Under the pieces are notes generated by a model, which did no database searches, was not told the DNA's origin, and saw nothing but the letters and a program-made list of their open reading frames with translations. From a virus (lineage: Duplodnaviria > Caudoviricetes), in IMG/VR virus record IMGVR_UViG_3300028878_000001, positions 1-57,976 of that record: a stretch of DNA of 57,976 bases. One strand, written 5' to 3'. How positions within the stretch are numbered: the first letter of the stretch is position 1; every line of letters begins with the position of its first letter. Below are positions 16,383 through 24,888 of the stretch, one piece after another. Made by a program: the position numbers and the translations under genes.

Positions 16383-17392
16383 CGGAGGGGTCCGGCCATC
16401 ATCTGGCGGGTAGGGGCGCTCCCGACGATCCAGAACACGCTCTCACCGGCTGCCGGCCGCCAGAACCATCGGAACATGGCCTGATGCTGGGCCATGAACG
16501 TGACCGCCTTGCCTTCGTAGGTGGGATGCAGCGCGATCCCATCCAGGGTGTAGGGCATCCGATCCTGGTAGGTGGCGAACCGCTGGTGGTGGAGGTCGTG
16601 GTACTCCAGCCTGACCGCGGCGAGGGGATCACGGAGCCCCAGCAAGCTGCGGATGCGGTCCAGGCGATCCAGGGTCCAGTCGAGCCGGGAGGGCCCAACT
16701 CCGAACAGCACCAGCCGCTCAAGGGCCGGTGGCAGGTGGTGGGCGAGGCCAACCAGCACCGAGGTGGCGCTGTTGCCGGAACCGAGGGTCATGGCCAGGG
16801 TGCGAGTCGCATCGGGCAGGTTGACGGTCTGGTGGGCCCCGACGGCGTGGAACGCGGCCAGGTCCTCAACCGACGCGCCGGTGGGGGTGCTGATGCCGTA
16901 GGCGAGCCGATAGTGGCCCGAGTACTCCCGGGTGCGGGCCAACTGGCTGACCGCCCGCTGCAACGCCGGGTTGTAGGCGACGGGGGTGTAGCGGAAGCTG
17001 GCGCCGGCGTCTTCGGCGATGGCGACGTTCTCGTGGCGGCGGGCCGAGACGGAGTTGGTCGCGCCGAGCATGATGGTGGCACCGAGCCGGTAGTGCTTGG
17101 CGACCAGCGCCGCCATCGAGACTTGGGGGGAGAGCACGGAGGCGGCGGTGAGGACTCCGGCGCGGCCGCCGGCAGCCCAATAGCGGTGGACGAGGTAGAT
17201 GAGCTGGCGCAGCTTGGACCCGTTGATGCCGCCATACCCCAGCGGCGCGAAGGTGTCCTCCCGCTTCCAGCCGATTCCGCTGTCCCCGGTTTGGATGGGG
17301 GTGAGCCCGGCCAGGTAGTGCTCCCAGCGTACGTCGGCCCGGTCCAAGCTCAGGGTCGGGAAGATGCTGCCGGTCTCGGCCAGGACGGTCAT
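16379..17392 (-). CDS. PLP-dependent enzyme (fold type II), putative decarboxylase/lyase acting on modified DNA
   Basis: WKRED.FAPLGYGGINGSKLRQL (PLP Lys), S..SPQ, GSGNS, LHPTYEGK, FWIVG. Confidence 0.85.
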   Translation of the reverse strand: MTVLAETGSIFPTLSLDRADVRWEHYLAGLTPIQTGDSGIGWKREDTFAPLGYGGINGSKLRQLIYLVHRYWAAGGRAGVLTAASVLSPQVSMAALVAKHYRLGATIMLGATNSVSARRHENVAIAEDAGASFRYTPVAYNPALQRAVSQLARTREYSGHYRLAYGISTPTGASVEDLAAFHAVGAHQTVNLPDATRTLAMTLGSGNSATSVLVGLAHHLPPALERLVLFGVGPSRLDWTLDRLDRIRSLLGLRDPLAAVRLEYHDLHHQRFATYQDRMPYTLDGIALHPTYEGKAVTFMAQHQAMFRWFWRPAAGESVFWIVGSAPTRQMMAGPLR

Positions 17393-18480
17393 CGGCAGCG
17401 CCCAAACCCTTGGGCGTCGACCTTGGCTTGGAAGTCGTTGGTGAAGGCGGGGTCGTCGTGGTCGAGCATCACCTGCTGGCCGGTGAGCCGGTAGTGGTTC
17501 TGCTTGGCTGGCACCATCCCCGGATCGAACGGGGAGTCCTCCAACCTGAGCGCGCGGGGCAAGGCGACGGCGCGGGCTTCCCAGAACAGCCCCAGATCGG
17601 CGGTTGGCCAGCGGTCCTCCATCTGGCGGATGCGGTCATGGAGCATGTCGTTGTAGACGTTCGGGTAGCGGCGGTTGGGACGATGCCAGCTCTTGTAGGT
17701 GCACAGCGCCGACTCCAGGGTGAAGTTGCCGACGTCACCCGCCCAGGGCTGACCGCGGGCGCGGATGCGGGCCTCAGCCAGCAGCACCTTGGCGGCGCCG
17801 GTCAGATACGACAGCTCCGACGGGGTGTAGCGGCCATCGAAGCCCGGGTTGCTGGAGTGCCAGTCGAGGGTGTCCAGGCCCAGCACCTTGCACAGCCCGT
17901 TGCGGTGGCTCTTGGACCCCTGGCGGTCACCGAGCATCAGGGTGTCGCAGTCGAGGACGTTGATGCGGCCGGCGCCGGCGATGCGCAGGTACTCGGTGAA
18001 CGAGAACGCGCTCAGGCGGCCGAAGGTGGGGATCTGCCGGGCGCGACGCCACACCTCAGCGAACCCGCCGTAGGTGGCGTGGTCCCAGTAGGCAGCCTGC
18101 GACGGCCACCCCTTCAGGTTGGCCAGGTAGCCGGCGGTGGCGGTGTCGAGGGCCTTTTTGTGGTAGCGGCGGTCGGTGTCGAACGCGAGACGGCCGTACT
18201 CCCTGCGCCAGAACCGCAGCATCCGCCCGGCTCGGGCGGGGCGGTCGCCGGCGGTGTGGAGCAGCAGCGAGGTGACGGGGTGTTGGGTGTTGCCGTTCAG
18301 GAACGCGAACCACAGGGCCTGCTCCGTATCCCAACCCAGCCGGTCGGCAAGGTGGGGAAGCAGGTAGTAGACCCCACCGGGGTGGGCGCGGTGGCGGAGG
18401 TGGAACTGGTAGAAGCGGTGGAACACCTCCCGCCGCAGCCCAGGGGCGCGGAAGTCCATGCCCGGCTGGAGGTCGATCAT
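17389..18480 (-). CDS. Amino-acid:DNA transferase (aG/PT-PPlase, clade 2-like)
   Basis: HPGGVYY, ALWFAFLNGNTQ, DTDRRYHK, FGRLSAFSFTEYL, SHRNGL, FTLESALCTYKSWH...RRYPNVY.DM. Confidence 0.85.
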   Translation of the reverse strand: MIDLQPGMDFRAPGLRREVFHRFYQFHLRHRAHPGGVYYLLPHLADRLGWDTEQALWFAFLNGNTQHPVTSLLLHTAGDRPARAGRMLRFWRREYGRLAFDTDRRYHKKALDTATAGYLANLKGWPSQAAYWDHATYGGFAEVWRRARQIPTFGRLSAFSFTEYLRIAGAGRINVLDCDTLMLGDRQGSKSHRNGLCKVLGLDTLDWHSSNPGFDGRYTPSELSYLTGAAKVLLAEARIRARGQPWAGDVGNFTLESALCTYKSWHRPNRRYPNVYNDMLHDRIRQMEDRWPTADLGLFWEARAVALPRALRLEDSPFDPGMVPAKQNHYRLTGQQVMLDHDDPAFTNDFQAKVDAQGFGRCR

Positions 18481-18818
18481 CGGCGGTGGCGGGTGAGCTT
18501 GGCGGCTTGGGTGCGGACGAGCCGTTCGAGTTCTTCGGCGACCAGCTCGGCCACGGTGTCGCGGATGGTGGGGTGGCCGCGGACGTCGGTGAGATGCTGC
18601 AGCCCGTTGACCACGCTGGTGTAGGTGGCGGCCGGGTAGCGCATCACCAGCTCCTGGAGATGCACCCGTTCGGCTTGGGGGCCGCGGCGGGTGGCGCGCT
18701 CGGCGGTCTCGGCTTCGGTTTCGGCGTAGCTGCCCCGGAACCGCTCGGGGGTGGTGATGGGGGTGCGGCCGGCCGCGGCGGCGGCGTCGTCGGCCGCGTC
18801 GGCGTCGTCTGGGGTCAT
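18477..18818 (-). CDS. Hypothetical protein heading the modification operon (113 aa)
   Basis: ATGA overlaps at both ends; GGAGG RBS. Confidence 0.65.
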   Translation of the reverse strand: MTPDDADAADDAAAAAGRTPITTPERFRGSYAETEAETAERATRRGPQAERVHLQELVMRYPAATYTSVVNGLQHLTDVRGHPTIRDTVAELVAEELERLVRTQAAKLTRHRR

Positions 18819-19087
18819 GGTTCCTCCGTGGTTGCCCGGCCAGCGCGGGCGCGGGCGACCCGCACCGGCTCGCGTGCGCCGGTGTAGTGCGGGGGCCGCT
18901 GGTGGTGCTGTCGGCGCAGGGTCCCGGCCTGGCGGCCGAGGGCTTGGGAGAACACCCGCTGCAGGGCCCGACGCTGGGTGCGGGTCAGCCACCCCTCGTC
19001 TTCGTCGGGGGGGGTCAGCTCACCCGGGGTCGCCCGGTCAGGTTCGCCGGCGGCCAGCGCAACGTCCGGGGGGTCAAGCTGCTGCAT
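18815..19087 (-). CDS. Hypothetical protein (about 90 aa)
   Basis: Fills the gap between clpP and the next gene with overlaps. Confidence 0.45.
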   Translation of the reverse strand: MQQLDPPDVALAAGEPDRATPGELTPPDEDEGWLTRTQRRALQRVFSQALGRQAGTLRRQHHQRPPHYTGAREPVRVARARAGRATTEEP

Positions 19088-19808
19088 GGGCGATGCCGCC
19101 GCGGACCTCATCGACGAACCCGAGCCGCAGGGCCTCGCCGGCGTCCAGCCACCAGTCCTTGCGCTTCCACTTGCGGGCGATCTGGGTGCGGGTCATCGTG
19201 CTGCGTTCGGCGAGGATGTCGAGGATGCGGTCCTGCAACCGTTTGACGAACACGACTTCGTCCTCGAGCTCGCTGGCGCCACCCCACGCCAAGGAGCTGA
19301 CCTCGTGGATCAGCATGTAGGCGTTGGGGGCCAGCACCCGGTGCGAACCGGCCTGCAGCAGGATCCCGCCCATCGAGGCGGCCATGCCCATCCCGACGGT
19401 GGTGATCTCGTGGCCGTCGGCGCGCAGCTCCAGCAGGTAGTCGAACAGCGCCAGGCCGTCGAACACGCTCCCACCGGGGGAGTTGAAGATGAGCTTGATC
19501 GGCTGGGTGGGGTCGCGGCGAGCCCAGATGCCCAGCTCGGTCAGGGCCTTGGCCACACTGACGGCGCCGACCTCGCCGTAGAAGGTGAGGATGCGGTGCT
19601 CGGAGGCGTCGGCGTTGTCGCGGCGGTGGTAGATCTCGTCCCGCAGATACTGCTGGTCGGTGCGGCGGGTGTCGGCCTTGAGCTTGGCGATCTCGGCGCG
19701 GAGGCGGTCGGCTTCCAGCTCTTCCAGCACCGGCGACACCGGCGACACCACCAGCTCGGCGGTGGCCGGCTCAGCGGCGGCGGCGGGCTTCGGCTTGCGT
19801 GGGGTCAA
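19074..19808 (-). CDS. clpP: ClpP-family serine protease with N-terminal helical extension
   Basis: TTG start behind AAGGAGG; IFNSPGGSVFDG, GMAASMG (Ser), MLIHE (His), KDWWLDA.EAL.LGFVDEV (Asp). Confidence 0.9.
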   Translation of the reverse strand: MTPRKPKPAAAAEPATAELVVSPVSPVLEELEADRLRAEIAKLKADTRRTDQQYLRDEIYHRRDNADASEHRILTFYGEVGAVSVAKALTELGIWARRDPTQPIKLIFNSPGGSVFDGLALFDYLLELRADGHEITTVGMGMAASMGGILLQAGSHRVLAPNAYMLIHEVSSLAWGGASELEDEVVFVKRLQDRILDILAERSTMTRTQIARKWKRKDWWLDAGEALRLGFVDEVRGGIAHAAA

Positions 19809-20110
19809 GGGTTCCTCCTTGGGCAGCCGCCGGTGGTGTGGATCCGGGAGGGCTGGGTCGACCAGATGCGGTCGGGGGCGGCCAGGTCTCGGCAGACCAG
19901 GCACGGGCCCGGGCGATGCCGGCAGGGGGGGCGGCCGGCGGTGGCGGCTGGGGCGTGGGCGTCGCAACGCCACACCCTTGACACGACCGGGACGCGGTCG
20001 ACGGTGGTGACGGTGAGGCGGCGGGCCCAGCGGGCAGGGTCGCCGCAGACCTCACACAGCGGGCCGGCACCCAACCCAACCGGGATCCAGCGGTCGGCGC
20101 CGAAGTTCAC
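19805..20110 (-). CDS. Cys-rich hypothetical protein
   Basis: CEVC...CDAH...CRH..CLVC; coupled at both ends. Confidence 0.45.
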   Translation of the reverse strand: MNFGADRWIPVGLGAGPLCEVCGDPARWARRLTVTTVDRVPVVSRVWRCDAHAPAATAGRPPCRHRPGPCLVCRDLAAPDRIWSTQPSRIHTTGGCPRRNP

Positions 20111-20424
20111 ACGAACACGCGGGCGAGCGCGTCGGTCAGGTTGGTGTTGGTCGGGCTGGTGTAGCGCAGCCAGGAGGTGGGGGTGGGGGTGTAGCGCACC
20201 TGGAACCCGAAGCTGTCGGCCCGCCGTCGCTCCCGGGCACACGCCAGGCAGTCGGGGCGGCAGCCGGCAACGGGACGCAAGGTGACCACGTTGCTGGCTG
20301 GCCTGGGGGTCGGCTGGGCAGGAGGGGGGGTGGGGTCGGGGAAGGTCGCCTCGATCTCGACCTCCCGGACCAGGTTCCCCGAGTCGGCGTCGTAGCTGCG
20401 GGTGGTGGCGCGAACGGTCGTCAT
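20107..20424 (-). CDS. Hypothetical protein (105 aa)
   Basis: ATGA overlap with the HNH stop; GGAGG RBS. Confidence 0.55.
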   Translation of the reverse strand: MTTVRATTRSYDADSGNLVREVEIEATFPDPTPPPAQPTPRPASNVVTLRPVAGCRPDCLACARERRRADSFGFQVRYTPTPTSWLRYTSPTNTNLTDALARVFV

Positions 20425-20795
20425 GGGTTCCTCCGGTGGCGTTGGCTGCCGCCCCGGCTGCTGTTGCCGGCGCGGCACATGACCCGCAGCGGCCCATCCT
20501 CGGGGCCGAAGTCGGGGGGGCCGACCGGGATGAGGTGGTCGGCGGTGAGGGGGTTGCGGTCAGGGTCGGCGCTATGGGGCTGGCTGTCGCTCAGGGGGCA
20601 GCCCGGGCAGACGTAGCCGTGGACCTGGACATGGTTGGCGACCACCTTGGAGCGGCGGGTCCGTTCGGCGGCGCCATAGCCGGGCCGGCGCCGCCGGGGG
20701 CGGGGCGGGTTGCGGTGGGCCTGGCAGCGGGGCCGGTCGGACAGCTCACCGCACAAGCGGGTGAGGTGCAGGCGGGCCACGCACGGCTTGAGCAC
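20421..20795 (-). CDS. Terminase-associated HNH endonuclease
   Basis: PC...C...RC..H N-terminal knuckle, GYG, CPGC, LTADH.IP, LRVMCRAGNSSRG. Confidence 0.82.
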   Translation of the reverse strand: MLKPCVARLHLTRLCGELSDRPRCQAHRNPPRPRRRRPGYGAAERTRRSKVVANHVQVHGYVCPGCPLSDSQPHSADPDRNPLTADHLIPVGPPDFGPEDGPLRVMCRAGNSSRGGSQRHRRNP

Positions 20796-21045
20796 GTTGG
20801 CCTCCGGGCACGCCGAAGCACCCGACCATCAGGGGCAGAGGTCGGGTGCGGAAGAAGGTGGAGCGAGAAGGGGATGTCCGGGCATAGTGCGCCCAGGACG
20901 TTTCGAGCATAGCTCGCCGGCCGAGCGGCTCATACACGGTCAGCCGCTCAGGGCAGCACGAGGCGTGCCCCTCCGGGACGGAGAGGATCAGCCTGGGGGG
21001 TCACCCACCCCAGGCGACGGGAGCCGGGAGAGGACGCGAGAGCGG

Positions 21046-21396
21046 CTAGTGGTGCGGGCGGTAGCGGGTCCGGGCCAGCAGCAGCCCACCCACGCTCAGC
21101 AGCGCGGCCGCGATCCCAGCCTGCGGCACGGCGGACGTGGGGCCGGTCCTCGCCAACGACCCCCCACCGGTGGTGACCGGTGGGCGGTCTGGGTAGAGGA
21201 AGGCTTCGCAGGCCAGCCCGTCGTTGTCGCCATCCAGGTTGTCGGGGTCGCTGGGGTCAGCGTTCAGGTGGGCTTGGGCGTCGGCTTGGCTGGCGAAGTC
21301 GGCGCAATTCTGGTCGTTGGCTTGAGCGGACGCGGCCGGGGCGATCAGCCACAACGCAGCCGCGGTCAGGGCCAAGGTGAACAGGATCCTCCGCAC
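21046..21396 (-). CDS. Secreted Excalibur Ca-binding protein with LAXTG sorting signal
   Basis: Signal peptide ending ASA; DQNCADF.SQ.DAQ...LDGDNDGLACE; LARTG, hydrophobic helix, basic tail RTRYR. Confidence 0.88.
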   Translation of the reverse strand: MRRILFTLALTAAALWLIAPAASAQANDQNCADFASQADAQAHLNADPSDPDNLDGDNDGLACEAFLYPDRPPVTTGGGSLARTGPTSAVPQAGIAAALLSVGGLLLARTRYRPHH

Positions 21397-21855
21397 GGGG
21401 CCTCCTTGAGTGGGAGAAGGGCCGGCGGGAGCCTATCAGGCGTGCCGCTCCGGCACGCCCGCGAACAGGGTGGGGGGCCGGCACCCCAGCGGGTTTGGGA
21501 GCCGGGAGCGGGGCGCGAGAGGTCCTGGCCATGCCATCGGCCACCCCCGGGTGGCATGGCCAGGCCGGTCAGCTACCGGGCATCCGCTGCTGGGTTGGGA
21601 CCGGCAGCAGGGTGTTGCCGCAGGCGCACACCCAGAACCACATGCCGCCGTCGCAGATGTGGACCATGCGGCCGCCGCAGCGGTGGCAATGCATCAGCCG
21701 GTCAGATCATCCGGGCTTCTTGGGCAGCCACATCCAGCGTTCTGCCGTCCACAGCCAGCCCAGCATCCCGACGGTGGCCCATCGGGTCGCGACACCGACC
21801 AGCCGGCGGGCCCGGGGGCCCGGCCAGTGCTTGGAGTCGGGGGTCGGCTTGTTCG

Positions 21856-22320
21856 TCATGGGGTATGCACCTCCTCCCGTTGTCCGATCCAGCCCAGGAA
21901 CGCGGCCAAGAACACGACCTCCAGGGCCACACACGCCACCGGCAGCGGCGCCCAGTCTTCCTGGTAGCCGTTCGGCATCCAGGTGGTCAGCCGCGACACC
22001 ACCAGGGTGGCGGCCATGGCCAGATTCAGGATCGCCCCCGCCCACCAGGCCTCAGTCCGCACCCGCCGGAACGGACGCAGGGCAAGCGCGACCACGACCG
22101 CGGCCAGCAGCACCCCGGTCACCGCGAACAGCGCCCCGACATAGGCGTGGCCCATGGCGACGTGTTCGGCGTTGGTGTGCTCGGGGGTGAGGTAGAGGTG
22201 GAGGGCGGCGTTGCCGGCTGCGGCCAGCGCACCGACGGCGGTGATGGTGGTGCTGGCCAGGCTGGCCCGGCTGGTCCGGACGGGTGCGAGGGTGGCCGTC
22301 ACGGCGAGGCTCCTCTCCAT
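21856..22320 (-). CDS. Four-TM membrane protein with His motif
   Basis: AALHLYLTPEH...GHAYVGALF...VVSR...GYQEDW; four hydrophobic segments. Confidence 0.7.
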   Translation of the reverse strand: MERSLAVTATLAPVRTSRASLASTTITAVGALAAAGNAALHLYLTPEHTNAEHVAMGHAYVGALFAVTGVLLAAVVVALALRPFRRVRTEAWWAGAILNLAMAATLVVSRLTTWMPNGYQEDWAPLPVACVALEVVFLAAFLGWIGQREEVHTP

Positions 22321-22390
22321 GGGAAGGATCGGCCCAACCGGCAGTCTAGACCGAAAGAACTAGTCCGGGAAGGGGGAGCCGGAACGCCAA

Positions 22391-22423
22391 ACAGCCCCGC
22401 CCCCTGGTGCGGGGCGGGGCTGT
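22391..22423 (-). terminator. Probable intrinsic terminator ending the small-gene operon
   Basis: 13-bp perfect stem ACAGCCCCGCCCC/GGGGCGGGGCTGT with a short T run on the minus strand, 30 nt after the last gene. Confidence 0.65.
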
Positions 22424-22453
22424 GGCGGGTGGAGCCGGGATGCTTGTGGTGCG

Positions 22454-22648
22454 TCAGATGGGTTCGGACACCTTGACGGTGAAGTAGCGGGGGCCGCCAC
22501 TGTCGCCCTTCTCCCGCACCCGCACGGTCCGTTCCAGGGTGCTGTGGGGGACGGGCTCGACGGTATAGGTGCCGCCGATGCGGGCGGTGATCCCGGCCAC
22601 GGCAGCGTCGAGGGCGGCGGTGGCGACGGTTTCCTTGAGGCGGTCCAC
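22454..22648 (-). CDS. Hypothetical protein (64 aa)
   Basis: GTG start behind GGAGG; ends GGPRYFTVKVSE. Confidence 0.55.
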   Translation of the reverse strand: MDRLKETVATAALDAAVAGITARIGGTYTVEPVPHSTLERTVRVREKGDSGGPRYFTVKVSEPI

Positions 22649-22649
22649 G

Positions 22650-22922
22650 TCAGGCCTCCTCGGCCACGCGGGCGAAGGCGGCCGCGACGGCACCGTCGAC
22701 GGCGATCTGCTCGGGGCCGATGACCTCCAGCACACGGGTCTGGGTGATGACTGCCCGCAGCTGGGTGGTGGGCTGGAACCCGGTTCGTTCGGTCACCCAC
22801 AGCCGGGCGAACGCGCGGGCGTCCTCCAGGCTGAGGCTGGTCAGCACCTGCATCGGGTACTCGCGGCCGTCCCGGGTCAGGAACCGGTGCAGGGTGTGGG
22901 TGGGTGGAGTCTGGGTGTCCAT
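22650..22922 (-). CDS. Hypothetical protein (90 aa)
   Basis: TGATG coupling; GGAGG RBS. Confidence 0.55.
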   Translation of the reverse strand: MDTQTPPTHTLHRFLTRDGREYPMQVLTSLSLEDARAFARLWVTERTGFQPTTQLRAVITQTRVLEVIGPEQIAVDGAVAAAFARVAEEA

Positions 22923-23332
22923 CAGGGATCCTCCATCGTCACGGTGATGGCCGGGTTGATCTCGGCCAGCAGGTTCCGGGCGGCACCCTCGATCTTGTCG
23001 AAGGCGTCGTTGAGCTTGGCGACCAGGGCGTCGGCGGTGGCGTCGTCGGGGGCCAGGGTGGGGGGGATGCGGACGTTGAAGGTGTAGACGCCGAACAGCA
23101 CCGGCCGGGGCGCGGGCGGGGGTGGGACATAGGCCTGCTCGACGGCCTGGCGGGCCAGCTCGTACCGGTCGAAGGTCTGGATGTAGCTGTCGGTCTGGTC
23201 GTAGGCACGCCATCCGGTTGCGGTGCGGCGGATGGTGCCCATCAGCAGGTTGGCGCCGACGGTGCGGACGTCGATGGTGCCTTCGACCTGGACCAGGTCC
23301 TCGATGGGTGGGGTGGGCTCGGGGGTGGCCAT
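22922..23332 (-). CDS. Hypothetical protein (136 aa)
   Basis: AAGGAG RBS; operon packing. Confidence 0.6.
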   Translation of the reverse strand: MATPEPTPPIEDLVQVEGTIDVRTVGANLLMGTIRRTATGWRAYDQTDSYIQTFDRYELARQAVEQAYVPPPPAPRPVLFGVYTFNVRIPPTLAPDDATADALVAKLNDAFDKIEGAARNLLAEINPAITVTMEDP

Positions 23333-23343
23333 GCGGGGGCTCC

Positions 23344-23661
23344 TTACTGGAGGCTGAGCAGGTCGCGGACGGCGACCTCGCGTTCTTCCCCGTCGGGGAA
23401 GCGGACGATCCACAGGTCGCTGCGGGGCCCGGGGCCGTTGGCGGCCACGAAGGTCACCACACGGTTGGTGCCGCGGCGGTAGTCGGGTGGGCCACCGATT
23501 GGTGAGAACCGGTAGCGGCGCTCACGAGGGCGGGCGTGGGGGTCCAGCCGTTTGGGTGGGCACTTGCGGCAGCCGGCGGGCAGGCCGGGATGCCAGGCGC
23601 CCCCGCCGGTCACGTGCCCGGCCGCGGGGACACCGGGCACGGCCGGCCAGGTGCGAGTCAC
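23344..23661 (-). CDS. Hypothetical protein with SH3-like C-terminus
   Basis: LWIVRFPDGEEREVAVRDL; GTGA coupling. Confidence 0.5.
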   Translation of the reverse strand: MTRTWPAVPGVPAAGHVTGGGAWHPGLPAGCRKCPPKRLDPHARPRERRYRFSPIGGPPDYRRGTNRVVTFVAANGPGPRSDLWIVRFPDGEEREVAVRDLLSLQ

Positions 23662-23870
23662 ACCCCGGCCGGGTTGACGGTGGCGGCGACCCGGCCGACT
23701 TCCTGGTCGGACAGGTGGTACAGGTCACGGACGGCCAGGATCGCGTTGGCGGCGGTGTAGCCGGCCTTGTGGTGGGCGGGGTCGCCGCGCCTGAGCCCGA
23801 ACGCGACCTCGATGCCGGCGGCGACCTTGTCGCCCTGGTGGCGGTCCAGGATGTCCTCGAACAGCCCCAT
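23658..23870 (-). CDS. Hypothetical protein (70 aa)
   Basis: GAGGAGG RBS. Confidence 0.6.
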   Translation of the reverse strand: MGLFEDILDRHQGDKVAAGIEVAFGLRRGDPAHHKAGYTAANAILAVRDLYHLSDQEVGRVAATVNPAGV

Positions 23871-23975
23871 AGGGGCCTCCTCTCTGTTGGGGGGGTGGGT
23901 GACCCCCCACGGGGATGCTGTGCGGCCGGGAGGGGCACGCCTCGTGTCACGGCGGCCCCATCCCGGTGGGCACGG

Positions 23976-24425
23976 TCAGTCGTTGCCGTGCCAGATGCGG
24001 TAGGCGCGTCCCGGGTTCAGCCCCAGCCGGCGGTCGACCTCCGGCCAGCTGCCGGGGGTGCCTTTGGTGCGGTAGCCGTCGGCGACGGTCTGCTGGAACA
24101 CCGCCCCAACGTCGTTGCGGCGCATCCGGGCGGCCATGGCGATCAGGGTGTTGTAGCGGTCGGTGAGCTTGCGCCACTCGGCCACCCGTTCGGCCGGGCT
24201 GGTCAGCCGGGCGATGGGCCGCATCTCGTCTGGGGCACCGGCCGGCAACATGATCCCCCCGGCCGCCGGCACGAACACCGGGTTGCCGTCGGGGCGGTGG
24301 TAGTGGTCCCCGAGGGCGTCGTGGGTGGTGACGGCGTCGGCTTCGGTGGTGCCGGGAGCGACCTCGAACCCGTGGGTCAGCTCCAGGTGCGTCTTGGCGT
24401 CAAGGAACGTGGCGTGGGCGGGCAC
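23976..24425 (-). CDS. Hypothetical protein with His motif and C-terminal HTH-like segment
   Basis: HLELTHG...H....H; SWPEVDRRLGLNPGRAYRIW. Confidence 0.6.
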   Translation of the reverse strand: MPAHATFLDAKTHLELTHGFEVAPGTTEADAVTTHDALGDHYHRPDGNPVFVPAAGGIMLPAGAPDEMRPIARLTSPAERVAEWRKLTDRYNTLIAMAARMRRNDVGAVFQQTVADGYRTKGTPGSWPEVDRRLGLNPGRAYRIWHGND

Positions 24426-24437
24426 GGGGGCCTCCTC

Positions 24438-24887
24438 TCAGATGATGGTGTGGCCGCACTCCAGGGTGAGCGCGGTGGTGGGGTCGGCCGGGTTGACGGT
24501 CCGTTCGCTTGTCACCCGCCGCTGGGGGTGGGTGGAGTCGGGGGCGAACGGGTCGCCTCCGGCCTCGCGGGTGCAGACATAGCAGCCGACCGTCTGGTTG
24601 CACAGCGGGCAGCCGGTCTGGGCGCAGCGGGCGCGGGCGGCGTCGACCATCGGCCGCTTCTCGCCGGCGTCGAGGCTGGCGTAACGGGTCATCGGGTCGT
24701 TCTCGAACGCTTCCACCAGGCAGTGCTCGTAGGCGGCGGCCTCGGCCTGCTCGTAGCGCAGCCGGGCGACGAAGGACGCCACGCCGTGGTGGGCGATGTG
24801 GGCGCGGTCCTCGGCCTCGGCCTGCTCGACCATGTAGGTCTCGTAGGCGGTTTCCTCTTCGTCGGTCAGCTCGATGTTGGCGGTCAT
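24438..24887 (-). CDS. Hypothetical protein with acidic N-terminus and Cys cluster
   Basis: GGAGG RBS; multiple CxxC; ends LECGHTII. Confidence 0.6.
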   Translation of the reverse strand: MTANIELTDEEETAYETYMVEQAEAEDRAHIAHHGVASFVARLRYEQAEAAAYEHCLVEAFENDPMTRYASLDAGEKRPMVDAARARCAQTGCPLCNQTVGCYVCTREAGGDPFAPDSTHPQRRVTSERTVNPADPTTALTLECGHTII

Positions 24888-24888
24888 G

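Noticed and set aside
19074-19808. ClpP as evidence of host chromosome
   Set aside because: Embedded and coupled among phage genes, with no tig/clpX context.
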